DNA of 63,655 nucleotides, counting the filler, from Folioceros fuciformis (taxonomy: Eukaryota), in assembly GCA_049999805.1 (NCBI GenBank). It is 4 parts of 2 records of this genome, joined end to end, with 100 filler letters (N's around TTAATTAATTAA, not from the genome) between each part and the next. Parts side by side here need not be neighbours in the genome. Positions count along the whole stretch, not along the records: positions 1 to 22,833 come from JBNGIO010006264.1; 3 more parts are not named here. One strand, given 5' to 3'. Positions 1-12,300 of this stretch are shown here, piece after piece. The notes beneath the pieces were generated by a model. That model made no database searches. It was given only the letters and a program-made list of their open reading frames with translations, and was not told the origin of the DNA. The position numbers and the translations under genes were made by a program. Position 1 is the stretch's first letter; each line of letters begins with the position of its first letter.

Positions 1-3000
1 GCGTATGTACATTCGCATGTGACCCCTCTCACCAACAGCTGCCCGCAGCTCCTGCACACTTACCCCCTCAAACCGTTGAGGCAGAACGATCTTTGCGACC
101 ACAAGAGCACTTTCCTGCGTGGAATCAAACTCGGCATGTTAACTACCCGACAGAAAAACTTCAAGTTGCATCTCACGATCACATCTCAGAAGGAATCTAA
201 TCATGGACCTGCCACAGAAAGTCCTCGATCTCCATCCCACACTGCAAAACAGGTAGCAACTTCGACCGTTCGATGAAGAAGCAGTGAACTGCAGAATCCG
301 TGGTGACATTACAAAGGTATGGCTTCCCAGCAAGAGTTTCGTATAGACCCAATACACTTCCGTGATAAAATGTAGTGTCGAGCAATCTCCTGTTTCCACA
401 GGCATCGCTGCTCCACTGCACAACCGGCAAGATAAGTCAGTACCATGAAAATATGATACATGGTCGTGACGGAAAAACCGCCAGGGAAAATAGGATGACC
501 AAGGACCTTAAGAATGCCGTTGGCAATAACCCAAATCCCATCTGGGTTACACTTTTCCTTGTACAAAACAGTTCCACGCAATTTCATGTATTCCTTGGCA
601 CCAGTCCGGAGAGGTTCCTGCAGGTGGGATGGGAGTGCTCCTATCAAGGGCTGTGCGCTGAGAAGATCCAAAGCAGAAGGCATTTGCACCAAAGGCGGGT
701 TTCGCAGGAGCCTCTTCAAATCAACCTGCCCGTGGAAAATCAAGGTTCAAGATTCTGTAATACTGCCCCCATACTACACAGAATAGAAAACGGAAAAGCA
801 TTACCTGCACAGAGTCATGCAAGTGCAAGATTTCTTTCTCCCCGAGAAGAGCAGCCTTCTCAAGACCTTGAACGTAGTCACTAAGATGAACCAGAATTGC
901 ATGGGTCACTTGCTTCGTCTTTATGGCTCGTAAAACCTGGATAAACAGGTGGCAGATTGCAGACGCATGAAGAGCCCACAATCAATGATGCAGCCCGTGG
1001 TGTACGTCACAATGAAACTGAACCTTCAGGCATCCACGAGGTTGGATGCACATCTTTCAGATGTTGGTTACCTGTGAGAAAGAAACCCGAATGTCTTCAA
1101 GGAATTGCTTGGCCTCCTGCCCTTCCAATTCACTTTCTCCAATGACGGTATCTGCAACCTCGCTTTCACCTGCACAGAGGCCACGATTACCAGCTCCATT
1201 TCCAGCACACTACCTCCGTCATGGCTGCTCCTAATTCAATTAGACCAGCTATATCACTTTGGGCAGGTTTTTCAGTTACCAATGAACTCGCGAAGCTGAT
1301 GCCGGGCCTGTCGATGAGCTCGAAGGAATCCTGCTGAGATGTAACAACCAAGCTCTAACCGTTCTACTAGGAAATATGAAAGCAGCTTTTGGGGCACCCA
1401 GTTGGAACTTCTCCACTGAAGATCTTTCAGAAACCGTGGGAAATGAACATGAGGATGAAGTCCCTTCCAGTCATTTAGGACATTAAGATGAGCTACGTCA
1501 TCAAGAGCCTCATCTACAGACCGCATGAGAATAATGGCAGCTGTTTGCGTTATCCTCCCATCTTCCAGCAATTTCCAATAAGCAGCTTGCACACCTGCAT
1601 TTCACAGGCACAAGAATGAAATGAGTTTTGCACACAGAAATTGCTCCACCTCCCTCCTCGTGCTGAAAATGGAATTGCTTGACAAACAACATGTCAGAAG
1701 CAATTACAGACCTACCATTCAAAAATCGTAACCTTGTGTCCTGAAGGTGCTGGTTGCGCAGGGCAAGTCCAGAAGCTGCTGACTGGTGCGGATGTAGGGG
1801 ACGACCTGCGTCAGAGACTTCCTTCAAGCAGCTTATGTAGTCCTTCACAGTTCCCCAGTCAGCTGGACCCAGATCCTCATCTTCACCGAGTTCACCATAA
1901 GCCTCCACAGCCTTGCTGTACATCTCAAACTTTGCATAGTTCAACATAAGATCCTGAACCCAGCAGGCTAAACTTCATCAGTGCATTACGCAGAAACCAA
2001 GGCTCACTTAGGTAGGTCAATAGGGACGTCGTTCAACAGAATGGGGGCAAGGTAGGCATAAAAATCACCCCACCCTTTGCTACAGAAAAGAACTGCCTAG
2101 TTCACATTAAGGGATTCCACTGACAAACCGTAATTTCTGAAGGCCTCGTCATACCCAGCAAATGAACTAGAAACTGAGTTGTAGATCCATTGATAATAAG
2201 AGACAGGAAAACCACCCCCCCTGTGAAAAACACAAACTGCTCTTCATGTGTCAGCAAAGAACTGCGAGTGGAAGAGACGAGATAACCCCAGCAATGCATA
2301 CGGTACTAACTATTCCTCTACGAAATTCTGCTAATAAATTGAAAAGTATCACTAGTCGACATGGTGAACACCTGTGCTTGCGTTGCTTTCGACACATAAG
2401 CATATTCTGACGGTCCAACTTGCTGCACAGCACAAACACTCGCCGTGAATATCCTTCTCTGTACTGGCCGTCTCAAGGTCTGACTCCATTAAGTAGATTC
2501 AACAACTTGCACAATGTCGGCTTTCAACTCTACAAGGAACAAACATTGAGCAATTGTAACTGGTTGCCGCTCAGCTATGATAGGAACTTACAGCTACAAG
2601 CAACGAGAGAGACAACGCCACTGCTCCACGAAGGCCCGACCAAACCAGAACTACAGCCTCTTTCCAATCAAGCCCATAGCCGCTGTATCGAAGACCAGGG
2701 TATAGCACCGCAACAACCAGCAGCCGTGACAGCTGTACAAATACATACAGCATAACCAAGTAACCCCAATCACGACCTGCAGACAAAATTGAACACCGTG
2801 AGAAGGTTGCTGTTGTGACGTGGATGTGAAATAGGGCTCACACGCCCATGGCTTACCAACAAGCACACAATAGCATACCATGTATACTGTCACGGCTTCG
2901 TAGTATACTCTCTGCTATGATTACGCCACTGCGATAGGTAACAACAAATCCAATTAGACTTCACGTGGGCAAACAATAGAATAGCTACATCAAGTGGGCA

Positions 3001-5129
3001 ATATTCACCATCAAAACAAGATAAAGCTGCTGAGCCTTCATACAGTTCAAGAATTCAGCACAAAGATAAGAGGCACTTGTCTTAAAACCTCAACGACATA
3101 GAACACATGCAACTGCAATCCGCTTCCTGTTGATCGCGGCTGTAAAGAGAAGTGTCCTGCACGCATGGTATCAAACCTGAGAATGAAGATAAGTGTGTTT
3201 GCTATGTAAGCAATCATCTCCCTGCCACATGCTCAGGAACACAATTCCAAAGAGCAGCATCAGTAGTTGACACCGAAAGATTCCAACAAGCAACAAATAG
3301 CATAACACGACAAAGAGATCGGTGCAACAAAAAATAACCAGAAATGGTGCATGCTCCTCTCACTCTCCCCAGTGAAAGCCGTCTTTGCAAATGCAGCAAA
3401 GAATCTGATAATATTTTGACAAGTTACAGGTCCCACATTTAATTCTCAAGCATTTATTCAAGGACAAGTGCAGGTCCTCATGATGACTGGATGGTGAACG
3501 TACATGCCAACTGTCATCACAGTTAAGACACCAGAAACTTGAGCCTCATCTTCTGCCTGTTCAAGTTCAAATGTGTGGCTCAGAAATGCTGCCAAATCAA
3601 GAAACCTTGCTGCCCAAAAAACTGTCTAGCTCTTGCCAATCGACGACCTTACCACAAAGAATGCCATATAACTGGCTGTGAATGTGAGGGTGATCTCAAT
3701 CACTGTATCATTGAATACAGTCCCGAGCCAGATGATGGATACCAGCCCAAAGGCAACACCCAGGGCAACTCTGCAAAACACCACAGTTCTCTCAGACCTG
3801 GTGTTTGACAACTAGTGTGCACGCCGAAGTGAGGAATTTCACCCAACAAGAATATTTTAATGAAGAAATTCAAACGATAAAATTTCTCCATCGTTCTTGG
3901 GGTCCGGAAAATACATACGCTCCCAAGGAGACCTGACTTAAGAACAAGATTATTTGTTTCGCGTCGAATCTCTGGCCCAGCGTCATTCTCAGAAATAGAC
4001 GATAAACCACGATAGCCACTCTGTTCTACAAGAACACCAACCACAGTAATGAGACGTAAGGTTCTTCATCGCAACCTTCCTGCACCCATGTGCAGCTATA
4101 GAACAAGATAAAGCTGCAATACCCACCCATCGTTCATTAACGCCTCTCCTTCGATGATGGTGCTGAGCTTCTTGCTGGCCCCAAGCTCTTTAAGCAGAGC
4201 GACGACTGCCACTGGGTCGGTCGCACCAAGTAAACCTCCCAGCAAGAGACAAGTGCTCCGATTCCAGCCATACGGAAACAAATACTGATACTCAAAGAAA
4301 CACAGGAAACCAGAACAAGAAAAAATTTCAGAAGAAGCAACCACAATTTCTCCACCCACACTGGCGGGCACAAAAGCTGATCGCAGTAACGCAAAAAAAC
4401 AGAACTGACACTCCCGACCAGCCTACCTGGTGGACAAATCCCAGCGAGAAAGTCGTGATCACCACTCCAGGACCCGCGAGAAGCATGATCTGCAGCATGC
4501 ATCGCTGCAGACAATGCACCCACAATGCACAATGCACCCACAATCCACATTCTTAGAATCAAAACCGTCCCAACCCACCTCCTTCCGAAACAGCTCACAA
4601 ACGCTCCTCCGCACGCACCTTAATCTGATGCACCTCCAAAGCGAAGGAGCTCTCAAACAGCAGCGCCGGCAGGAAGATGAAGAGAATCAAATTGGGGTCG
4701 ATGTTGGACCCTGCACCACCCACAAAACCTCAGAACTCCGGGACCCAGAAAACCGCTCGAATTCCAGCGCGCCCACGACCGCACTCACACATCCGAATGC
4801 TCACTCCCAAAGAGCCCAACCCGTGCGCCGTCCCGTACTCTGCAGCATCCAGCGACGCGGTGAGACCAAATTCGCCCAACACAGAGCAGCCAGCGCCCAG
4901 CCTTTCTCCCTGCAATCCAGACCGTTCACTCACCAAGCGCGCCCAGCCCGACTCCCAGCAGCAGCAGAGCGACCGTGTAGGGCACCCGGCTGCCCCGCAG
5001 AAGCTGGCGGCACAGAATTCCGAGGGCCAGGGAGAGCCCGATGAAGAGCATTGCTACCTCTGGGCCTGCGTGCTGGCCTTCCCCAGGGCTGGCCACGGGG
5101 GCGACGAGGGGAGCCTGGGAGACCTCCAT
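1..5129 (-). CDS. SOS1: Plasma-membrane Na+/H+ antiporter SOS1/NHX7, multi-exon, 3' end outside the window
   Basis: ATG at 5129. Exon peptides LCRQLLRGSRVPYTVALL, LLGATDPVAVVALLKELGASKKLSTIIEGEALMNDG, WSGLRGAVALSL, INGSTTQFL, QAAYWKLLEDGRITQTAAIILMRSVDEALD and the cNMP-like LRGTVLYKEKCNPDGIWVIANG match plant SOS1; GT-AG introns separate them. Confidence 0.95.
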
Positions 5130-6045
5130 CCCGAGCCGAGAGGGGCATCACAGGCACGCACACAAGCGGGAAGCACAGGCTACAAAATTCTCAACATCAG
5201 GAGATATTGCGCAGCAGGCTGCGATCTCTGTGCATGGCACTGTCGGTGCGAACGGGAAGGTGAGTAGGAAGGCAGCGGAATCGTAGGCAACACGAGGATC
5301 AGGAAATGCAAATGCCGTTGTATTGAGCTCCTGATAAATTTGGTTGTCGCCGCCACTTGGCGCTGTTCAACCGGAAGACAAGGTGGACATTGATGCGTCA
5401 CCGTTCGTTGGGACTCACCAGCCTCCACCATTCACAGGCGATCTGCTTCTCCTTAACGCCTTTTGTGAACATACCATCTCGTTTTCTCCTTTCTCAATTT
5501 TCGGAACATTTGTGCCATATTTGGCATCGCAATCACATAGATCCGGCCCCACTTTGCCGCCCTCCGGATCTTGATAGAGTCGGAAGTATCCGCACCCTTT
5601 TTTTGTCTTTGTCCTCAGCTTTCTGGCCTCCAACATACAAAAGAGGATCTCCGTACCATGCCACCACATAGTCCTTGTCTTCTAGTTTAAAATACCATTC
5701 CTTAATTTCATAAAATATATAAATTATTCAATACATTACTTTTTTAGGGTTTGGGATACAATATATAATTCTTGGTCTCACACATCCCAACTAAAAAATA
5801 ATTTTAGCCCTTCTTCTTGGAGGCTTTTACTTTTTGCAAACTAAAAGTAACTTTTGTACTTACAAAGTTCTTGGTCTTCCACACGTTTGCTGAAAAATAG
5901 TTTTAGCTCTTCCTTCACCAAGCTTTTGCTAGTTGCATACCCAAAGTGGCATTTGTACTTAAACAACTACCTTGGTCAGAAGTACAAGTACCTAACATTT
6001 TATATGTTTCATTTAGAACTTATTAACTTTACATAAATATTATTC

Positions 6046-6070
6046 TATATATATATATATATATATATAT
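6046..6070. repeat. (TA)n microsatellite
   Basis: About 12 TA units, directly visible. Confidence 0.95.
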
Positions 6071-6229
6071 CTTTAATCAAACTCCTGAACGTAGATATCC
6101 TACACATTAGAGATTATCTAGGCATTTTCGAAAGGAACAACTATCTGATATTGAGATTAATGAAGCAAAATTAACCTATGTTGGTATTCCAGATACTCTC
6201 TTTGCCTTAAGTGTTACTGCAGTAGAGGG

Positions 6230-6703
6230 AAATCCTTTAACCGTATTGGAGACTTACTTGAGACCCAAGGCAACTAAATGGAAACTAGCCATCAATTATG
6301 AGTATAACTCATTGATCAAAAACAATACTTGCACTCTAATTAGCTTGCCCAAAGGAAGAACCATCGTCAAGTACAAATGTATTGTTATGATTAAGTTTTA
6401 GGAGGTAGAGTTACGGATTCGCTACAAAGCAAGATTAATGGCTAAGGGATATCGTTAAAAAGAGGGAGTGGATTATCAAGGTGATAACGTCTACTTACCA
6501 GTTGTCAAATTTGTGTTAGTTAGGATGCTTCTAGCTCTATGTATTGAAGTCAACTTATAGATCTATCAACTATATGTGAGTACGACATTTCTTTGACAAC
6601 ATTTTCAAGAGGAGATCTACATGGATCTGCCTAAGGACTATAAAGATAAGGCATACCCACACAAGGTGTGTAAACTTAATCGCTCCATCTATAGACTTAC
6701 AAC
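6230..6703 (+). mobile_element. Degenerate Ty1/copia reverse-transcriptase fragment
   Basis: Translates, with stops, as KWKLAINYEYNSLIKNNTCTLISLPKGR...RYKARLMAKGY*..GVDY...IYQLYVSTTFL..EEIYMDLP...KVCKLNRSIYRL, the copia RT N-terminal motifs. Homology breaks off at about 6703. Confidence 0.85.
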
Positions 6704-7081
6704 TGTTACAGCCTTCCTATGCTTGATGAATATGATATGTAGTCCCTCAAGCTTATAATATGTATGAGATGGCTCAAACTAAGCCAAAGTAATGAAAAAC
6801 AAACGAAGTTGATTCACTCTCAATAGTTAGCACTATTTGATGAAAGACGTGATCTCATCACACCTACCCCGAGATAACTCAAATTAAGTGGGAGTGATGA
6901 AGAACTGACCAAGTTGATTCACTCTTAGCAGTTCGCACTAATATCCTAAGAAAGACATGACTTCATCACAAATATCCTCAATCATCGCATCCCTTTTCTA
7001 TACCCGCTATTCATATAAGCACAAAGACGAGATAAATATTTTAATTAATTATTTAAGAGTAAAATAATTAACATCCCTCTT
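6704..7081 (-). mobile_element. Probable 3' LTR (~370 bp) plus polypurine tract of a minus-strand LTR element nested in the copia RT
   Basis: Termini TGTTA(6704)...TAACA(7073). Minus-strand purine tract AAGAGGGA (7074-7081) abuts the LTR. The copia RT stops exactly at 6704. Confidence 0.5.
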
Positions 7082-7195
7082 AGTTCTTGATAATTATTTT
7101 CTATTATTAAAAAAAAGATGGAAAGTCCCATCTACTCCAAAGATATGAAGGAACAACCCAAGCAATACCAAAGGCTAAAAGGTGTACTAGCACCA

Positions 7196-7410
7196 TAGAA
7201 CTTCATTCTCAAATCTACCTACTACTCCCAAAATGTCATAATGCGGAATTAAAAAGGGCTTACCTACCACCAATGCCGAAGAAACTACTTGATCTACACT
7301 TGGTGCTAGAACTTCATTCTCAAGTCTACCTACTACTTCCAAAATGTCATGATGCGGAATTAAAAAGGGCCTACCTACCACCAATACCAAAGAAACTACT
7401 TCACCTACAA
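7196..7410. repeat. Tandem duplication, period 111 bp
   Basis: TAGAACTTCATTCTCAA...GAAACTACTT begins at 7196 and again at 7307, with a few substitutions. Confidence 0.9.
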
Positions 7411-7424
7411 TTCTTGTTGTTCTC

Positions 7425-7706
7425 AAGACCGCATTGGCCAATGCTCTTTACAAAGCAATGTTCTAAAGACCGCATTGGCCAATGTTCTTTACGAAGCAAT
7501 GTTCTAAAGACTGCATTGGCCAATGCTCTTTACAAAGCAATGTTCTAAAGACCGCATTGGCCAATGCTCTTTACAAAGCAATGTTCTAAAGACCGCATTG
7601 GCCAATGCTCTTTACGAAGCAATATTCTAAAGACTGCATTGGCCAATGCTCTTTACAAAGCAATGTTCTAAAGACTGCATTGGCCAATGCTCTTTACAAA
7701 GCAATG
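7425..7706. repeat. 41-bp minisatellite, about 7 copies, each containing the palindrome GCATTGGCCAATGC
   Basis: Unit AAGACCGCATTGGCCAATGCTCTTTACAAAGCAATGTTCTA at 7425, 7466, 7507, 7548, 7589, 7630 and 7671; head-to-tail, no spacers. Confidence 0.95.
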
Positions 7707-7778
7707 GATATGTATTGTCGAAAGAAGGCCACCATTGATGAACCTTGAAAAGAACCCTATTCTTATGACTATGATACA

Positions 7779-8022
7779 CCTTTGTGCACTCTTCGATCAA
7801 CCTTGAAAAGTCCTTGTCCATGGCCTTTGTGCACTCTTCGATCAACCTTGAAAAGTCCTTGTCCATGGCCCAATGCAAACATGCTTGTCTTGCATGGGAG
7901 AATACTTATGCACTTTGGCATTTGACCTTAGTTCTTTACCAAAGGGTTTCATCAAACTATAGGGAGAAAACTTATGCACTTTGGCACTTGACCTTAATTC
8001 TTTATCAAAGGATTTCATCAAG
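7779..8022. repeat. Two further short tandem duplications (~45 bp and ~67 bp)
   Basis: CCTTTGTGCACTCTTCGATCAACCTTGAAAAGTCCTTGTCCATGG twice; GGGAGAA..CTTATGCACTTTGGCA..GACCTTA..TTTCATCAA twice. Confidence 0.85.
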
Positions 8023-8522
8023 TTTGTGAAGGCATGCATCAAGATTTATTAGGGCATAAGATTAGGGTTGGTCTTCCCCTTTCTTACTTTTATTAGGCCA
8101 AGAATATCAATTGCTCCACAAAACGCGTTTGGCAAGCCAAGTATACAGTATCTCATTAAGTGAGTGTGAGTGAAGAATTTGCTTCGGCTTGAGTGGTGGG
8201 TAAGCCCTTTTATGTCCCTAACCACCAAGTTCTTCGGAACAGTGGTCATTTCCACCTTGTTTTCTCAATCAAGTCTCCGCCTCCTTCGAAATGGAAGGCA
8301 ATATGAAGGTCCGTGATAAAGTATTTATTTCGTTTCACATAAGTACTTTTATGCCTAAAAGGCAATACGATTAGCTCTCGTTCGTTCGCCTAAGCATATT
8401 TGGAAAAGTCGACAGACACTGCCTGCTGTCGGACAGGAGCTGAATCTGGCGCTTGCATCCGGAAGGCAGGGTTTGGCGCAACTCAAAGTTGTGAGCTGTG
8501 GTGAGCGGATCTGCGAAATAGC

Positions 8523-9040
8523 ATGGGTTACTGGGGGAAGCCAATCTGGCAGGTAGCGGCCCAGGAGGCCAAACGGAACTGGTTTGTGATGATCGGGTTT
8601 GCGATCACTGGAGCTGGGGTCTTGAAGCTGTCCCTGGCGCTCACACGTAAGGGTTGCCTTAGTCTTCGTGACATAGATTCTGAGCCCATGCATGTCATTT
8701 ACATGCGTAGGTCACAGGATTGCCTTTCAGGGATTACGCACGGCTGTTCTGAGCTGCGGGTTCAAGGGCACAGTGATTCGACTTGATTGTGTGATAGCTG
8801 AGCTGCTTGCTTGCCAGGGTCTGACGTTTGACACCTTTTTTTGCATCTGCAGCTGAGCAGGCCGAGAAGTCGCCTTTTGTGAAGCTGCACAGGTTTGATT
8901 TGTACTCTCCGATCTGATCTGCGGTCCTGGTTTTGAGGTGTCTTGTGAGCTGTAGCCGGCTTGTTTTTGCTAGTGGCTTGAGAAGGCTATACATTCAGGT
9001 AGTCTGCTCTGGTTATATTGGCAGGAAGGATCAACACTGA
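8523..9040 (+). CDS. Mitochondrial ATP synthase 6-kDa subunit (plant type), 3 exons
   Basis: Exons 8523-8646, 8853-8892 and 9025-9040 with GT-AG introns give MGYWGKPIWQVAAQEAKRNWFVMIGFAITGAGVLKLSLALTPEQAEKSPFVKLHRKDQH*, matching the family pattern KRNW.F..GFAITG....KL..GLT......S.FV..H. Confidence 0.8.
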
Positions 9041-9383
9041 AGTCTCATGGGGTAGCGAGTACGGGAGCCTCTGCTTAAGGGGCGGAGGACGGTATGCGAC
9101 GGAAGGACCATGATGTTGGCGTGACCGCAGGTCATGGGATTAGCCCTCGTGAACTGTTGAGGATGGGACGTTGGTGGTGGGGGATTTCAGAGGGGCCGAT
9201 TATTTGACGGTGGTTGTAGGGGGGCCTGTCGGCAGAACGTTTCTTTGGCGCTCAGAGATTGTCTGTCTTTTCAATGCATGTTTATTCGTAAGAAGGATTA
9301 TCCGCTCCAACAATTCGTTGACATGTTTAGGTTAGATTTAAAGTGCACAACATGATGGCATTACTTCTCGATGTCTAATAACC

Positions 9384-12300
9384 TCACTTCCTTTGCCGCA
9401 TCCTTTCAGCGTCTTCGTCCGCGTGTTCGGAATCTGCTACACCATCTCTCACCTCTGCTACATTCCCTTCAACGTCCCCGCAATTAGAATCCGCTACCGA
9501 CACCGCTAGGTTCTCAGTGCTAACGGCATCTTGTTGGTGCGAAGATCCGCCGTTTCTGGAGGTCGAGCTCTCAGGAGTGAGCGTCGAAAATTGAAGTGAT
9601 CCTCGAACTGATTGAAGAAAACTCCGGGTCGTGCTACCTGGCAGTTGTTCACTTGCTTCTATACTTTCCGAACTTGCATTTTGGAAGTGTACCTCTGATG
9701 TCTGACTTGTGGAGGCCAGTTCTTCGCCACTGACTTCTATTGCAGGCCTCTCGGTCGCCAAGGCAATATCTGAAGAATGTATGACATCACTCTTGTAGTC
9801 CTCACCTGACTCTGGCAACGCCTGGAATATGGTAGCTCGTACCTTTTCCCCTTCCGCCGCCATAGACCTCTCGGAGACAACATTTGAACCTTGAAGAATA
9901 CCTGGCTTCAGCTTCTCACCTGAGATCTGGCTCACACGACTTGGTTGTTGTTCACCTTGTTCTGCTATTGTAAACTCTCTCCCCTCTGCAACAACGCTTG
10001 GAATTTTGAAACTTATCATTCCTGTACCCACTTTGAAAGTCGGCTCAGTTGTGACTGCCCGCTCCTGGGTTTGTATAGACGCTGCAGACTTCAGCCTTTC
10101 AGCACCAGCCTGTCGAGCCTTTAAAATATCAATCAGGCTCCTGCCCTCTTCAACAACCATCAAAGATTTAGCTCGCAAAGAAGACCCTGGGGCCCTTCGC
10201 TGCAGCCATGGTTGAAACAGCCGTTCCCTACTTCCAGAGCCAGATCTGGGTGGACTCAGGCCACCAATGGTATCTGAACCTACATCCTCAACTTTCCTGA
10301 TGGAACCAGACGTGGAGATGATGGACGCAGGTCGGAATGATCTCCTGCTGGTGGACTTGACTACCTCAGTGTGGCCTAACTCAATCAAGGACGACGACCT
10401 TAAATGATGAATATCTTCTTCATATAATGAGGATGGAGATATTTGGCTAGGTAAAGCAACCACATCATTGCCACCTTCCTCCATGCCAATTTTATCCGTG
10501 CCTGCAATATCCTCTTCACCTTTTTGCTCCTGCGAGATGCTTGACGCCTTTAGATTCGAAGCATCAGCCGTTGTGGTCACAAGCTTTCGTCTGACTACTG
10601 GAGTTGGAATAGGGCGTGCTGCATAGTACTTCTTCAGTTGCTGGTGCGAGATGTCATGTTCCAAAAGCTGTCTGTGGAAATGGCGTTGCCTCAGTTCCAG
10701 GGTACGTGTTGCCTCCTGTCGCATTTCGTCCGCAGCAAACCGCCGTGCCTGGTCCACGACAAGAGCTGTCACTATCTCTGGGGCCTCCTCGCGGTCAGGA
10801 TTGCCCTGCATGAAGCACAAGGATCCATGACGTTGCTTGGCATTGCCATCACCCGTCAGGAAGGAAATAGGAACTGAAGACAGTCAGCGAGAATCCTTAC
10901 TTCAACACAAACCAGACAACAAAACATGATCATCCTTTTCCGCCACCAAATGTGGACACCACACAATATAAGAGTGACACCAATAAGAGGTAGCACCGTG
11001 GTCAAAAGAAACTCAGTCGCACCAATTGCATAGCGGCTTGCAGCCAGTGCCGCACAAACTGTTTCGTTGGCTTCTGACTGTCAGACCACCGTCATCGATT
11101 TCAATCACGAGCCGGCTGTTGCAAAGAAACAGCAATATAGAGAAAGTATGCTGCAGTCAGAGCACTTACTGTCACATGATAGCAACTGACTGGAAAGAGG
11201 ATTCCACTGCTTCCCACATCAGTCATATTTGGGTACAAAAGAGTGGATCGCTTGACACGATACACTTTCTGAATCCAGATGGAGATGTTGACAGTCGCTC
11301 CAAAATAAGGTTCTACATCCATTCTAAATTCAAAGTCATTCTGGACAAATTTGCCTTTAATCAGAGCATCGGGCCCCCAAGTCTTCACAGCCGCAGGATC
11401 AGCACGATAGAATAAGGGCAATGACTCGTAACTTCCCCCCGGGAATCTGGTCATATCAATGACACCACGCTGCACATTTGGATAGAGACAAGGACCCTCT
11501 TCCACTAGTTTCCTGTACAGCACAAAAAGAATTTCTTTGAGAGCCATTCGCACAGCGGCTGCTTCTCAAGTACAGTTTCTGCCTTAACTTACTCTACAGC
11601 AAACCACTCCTCTCCCTTATTCACTTGACAAGAACTTGATCCTACTTTTAGAGACGAATTAAAGCAAAAAAGGTGACAAAACCTCTACTTCAACTCTAAC
11701 CTGCATGGGAACATGTAAAAGACAATATTTAACTTCAGCGACTTTTCTCCAAACATACTCGAGAGGGAGCTCTGGACAAGAAGCAAGGGAGGAATCCGCC
11801 AATCTGTATTTATATGTCGTTAATCCATGCAGGTTGCCAATGCCTACGTGTTGTAGAGTAACATGACGGAGCCAGGACTCTAACCACATCGTCAGACTCT
11901 GGCCAGCCTGCAAATTACCAAAAAGAGACCCATGGGATGACTCTACATTCACCGTGCCGTAGTCCCAATCAATGCTACTAGCATTCATTGGACTAGTCAG
12001 CATTGAAGATGAAGGTGCTCCTGGCAATGTGGACTGCTGAGTTATCCAGTATAGCTTTGAAATGTTCCTTGATCCTGTATTGATCCCGGAGTACGAATTA
12101 AAAGTACCAAAGTCTGATGCAGGCCTATTAATATCCTTCATGTCATAGATCTGTGCCACCCATGTACTGCGATTAGATCCTACGGTAGCCGCATAGTTGG
12201 TCCTGTACAACAGCCACGGGTCATCATATCCATAAAGTATGTCCCCCACTGTTCTAGTCATGAACATCCCAGCATTCCTATGCAGATCCCTGTACTGGAA

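Noticed and set aside
7425-7706. CRISPR-like palindromic repeat array
   Set aside because: Units are head-to-tail with no unique spacers, no cas genes are present, and the context is eukaryotic; it is a minisatellite.
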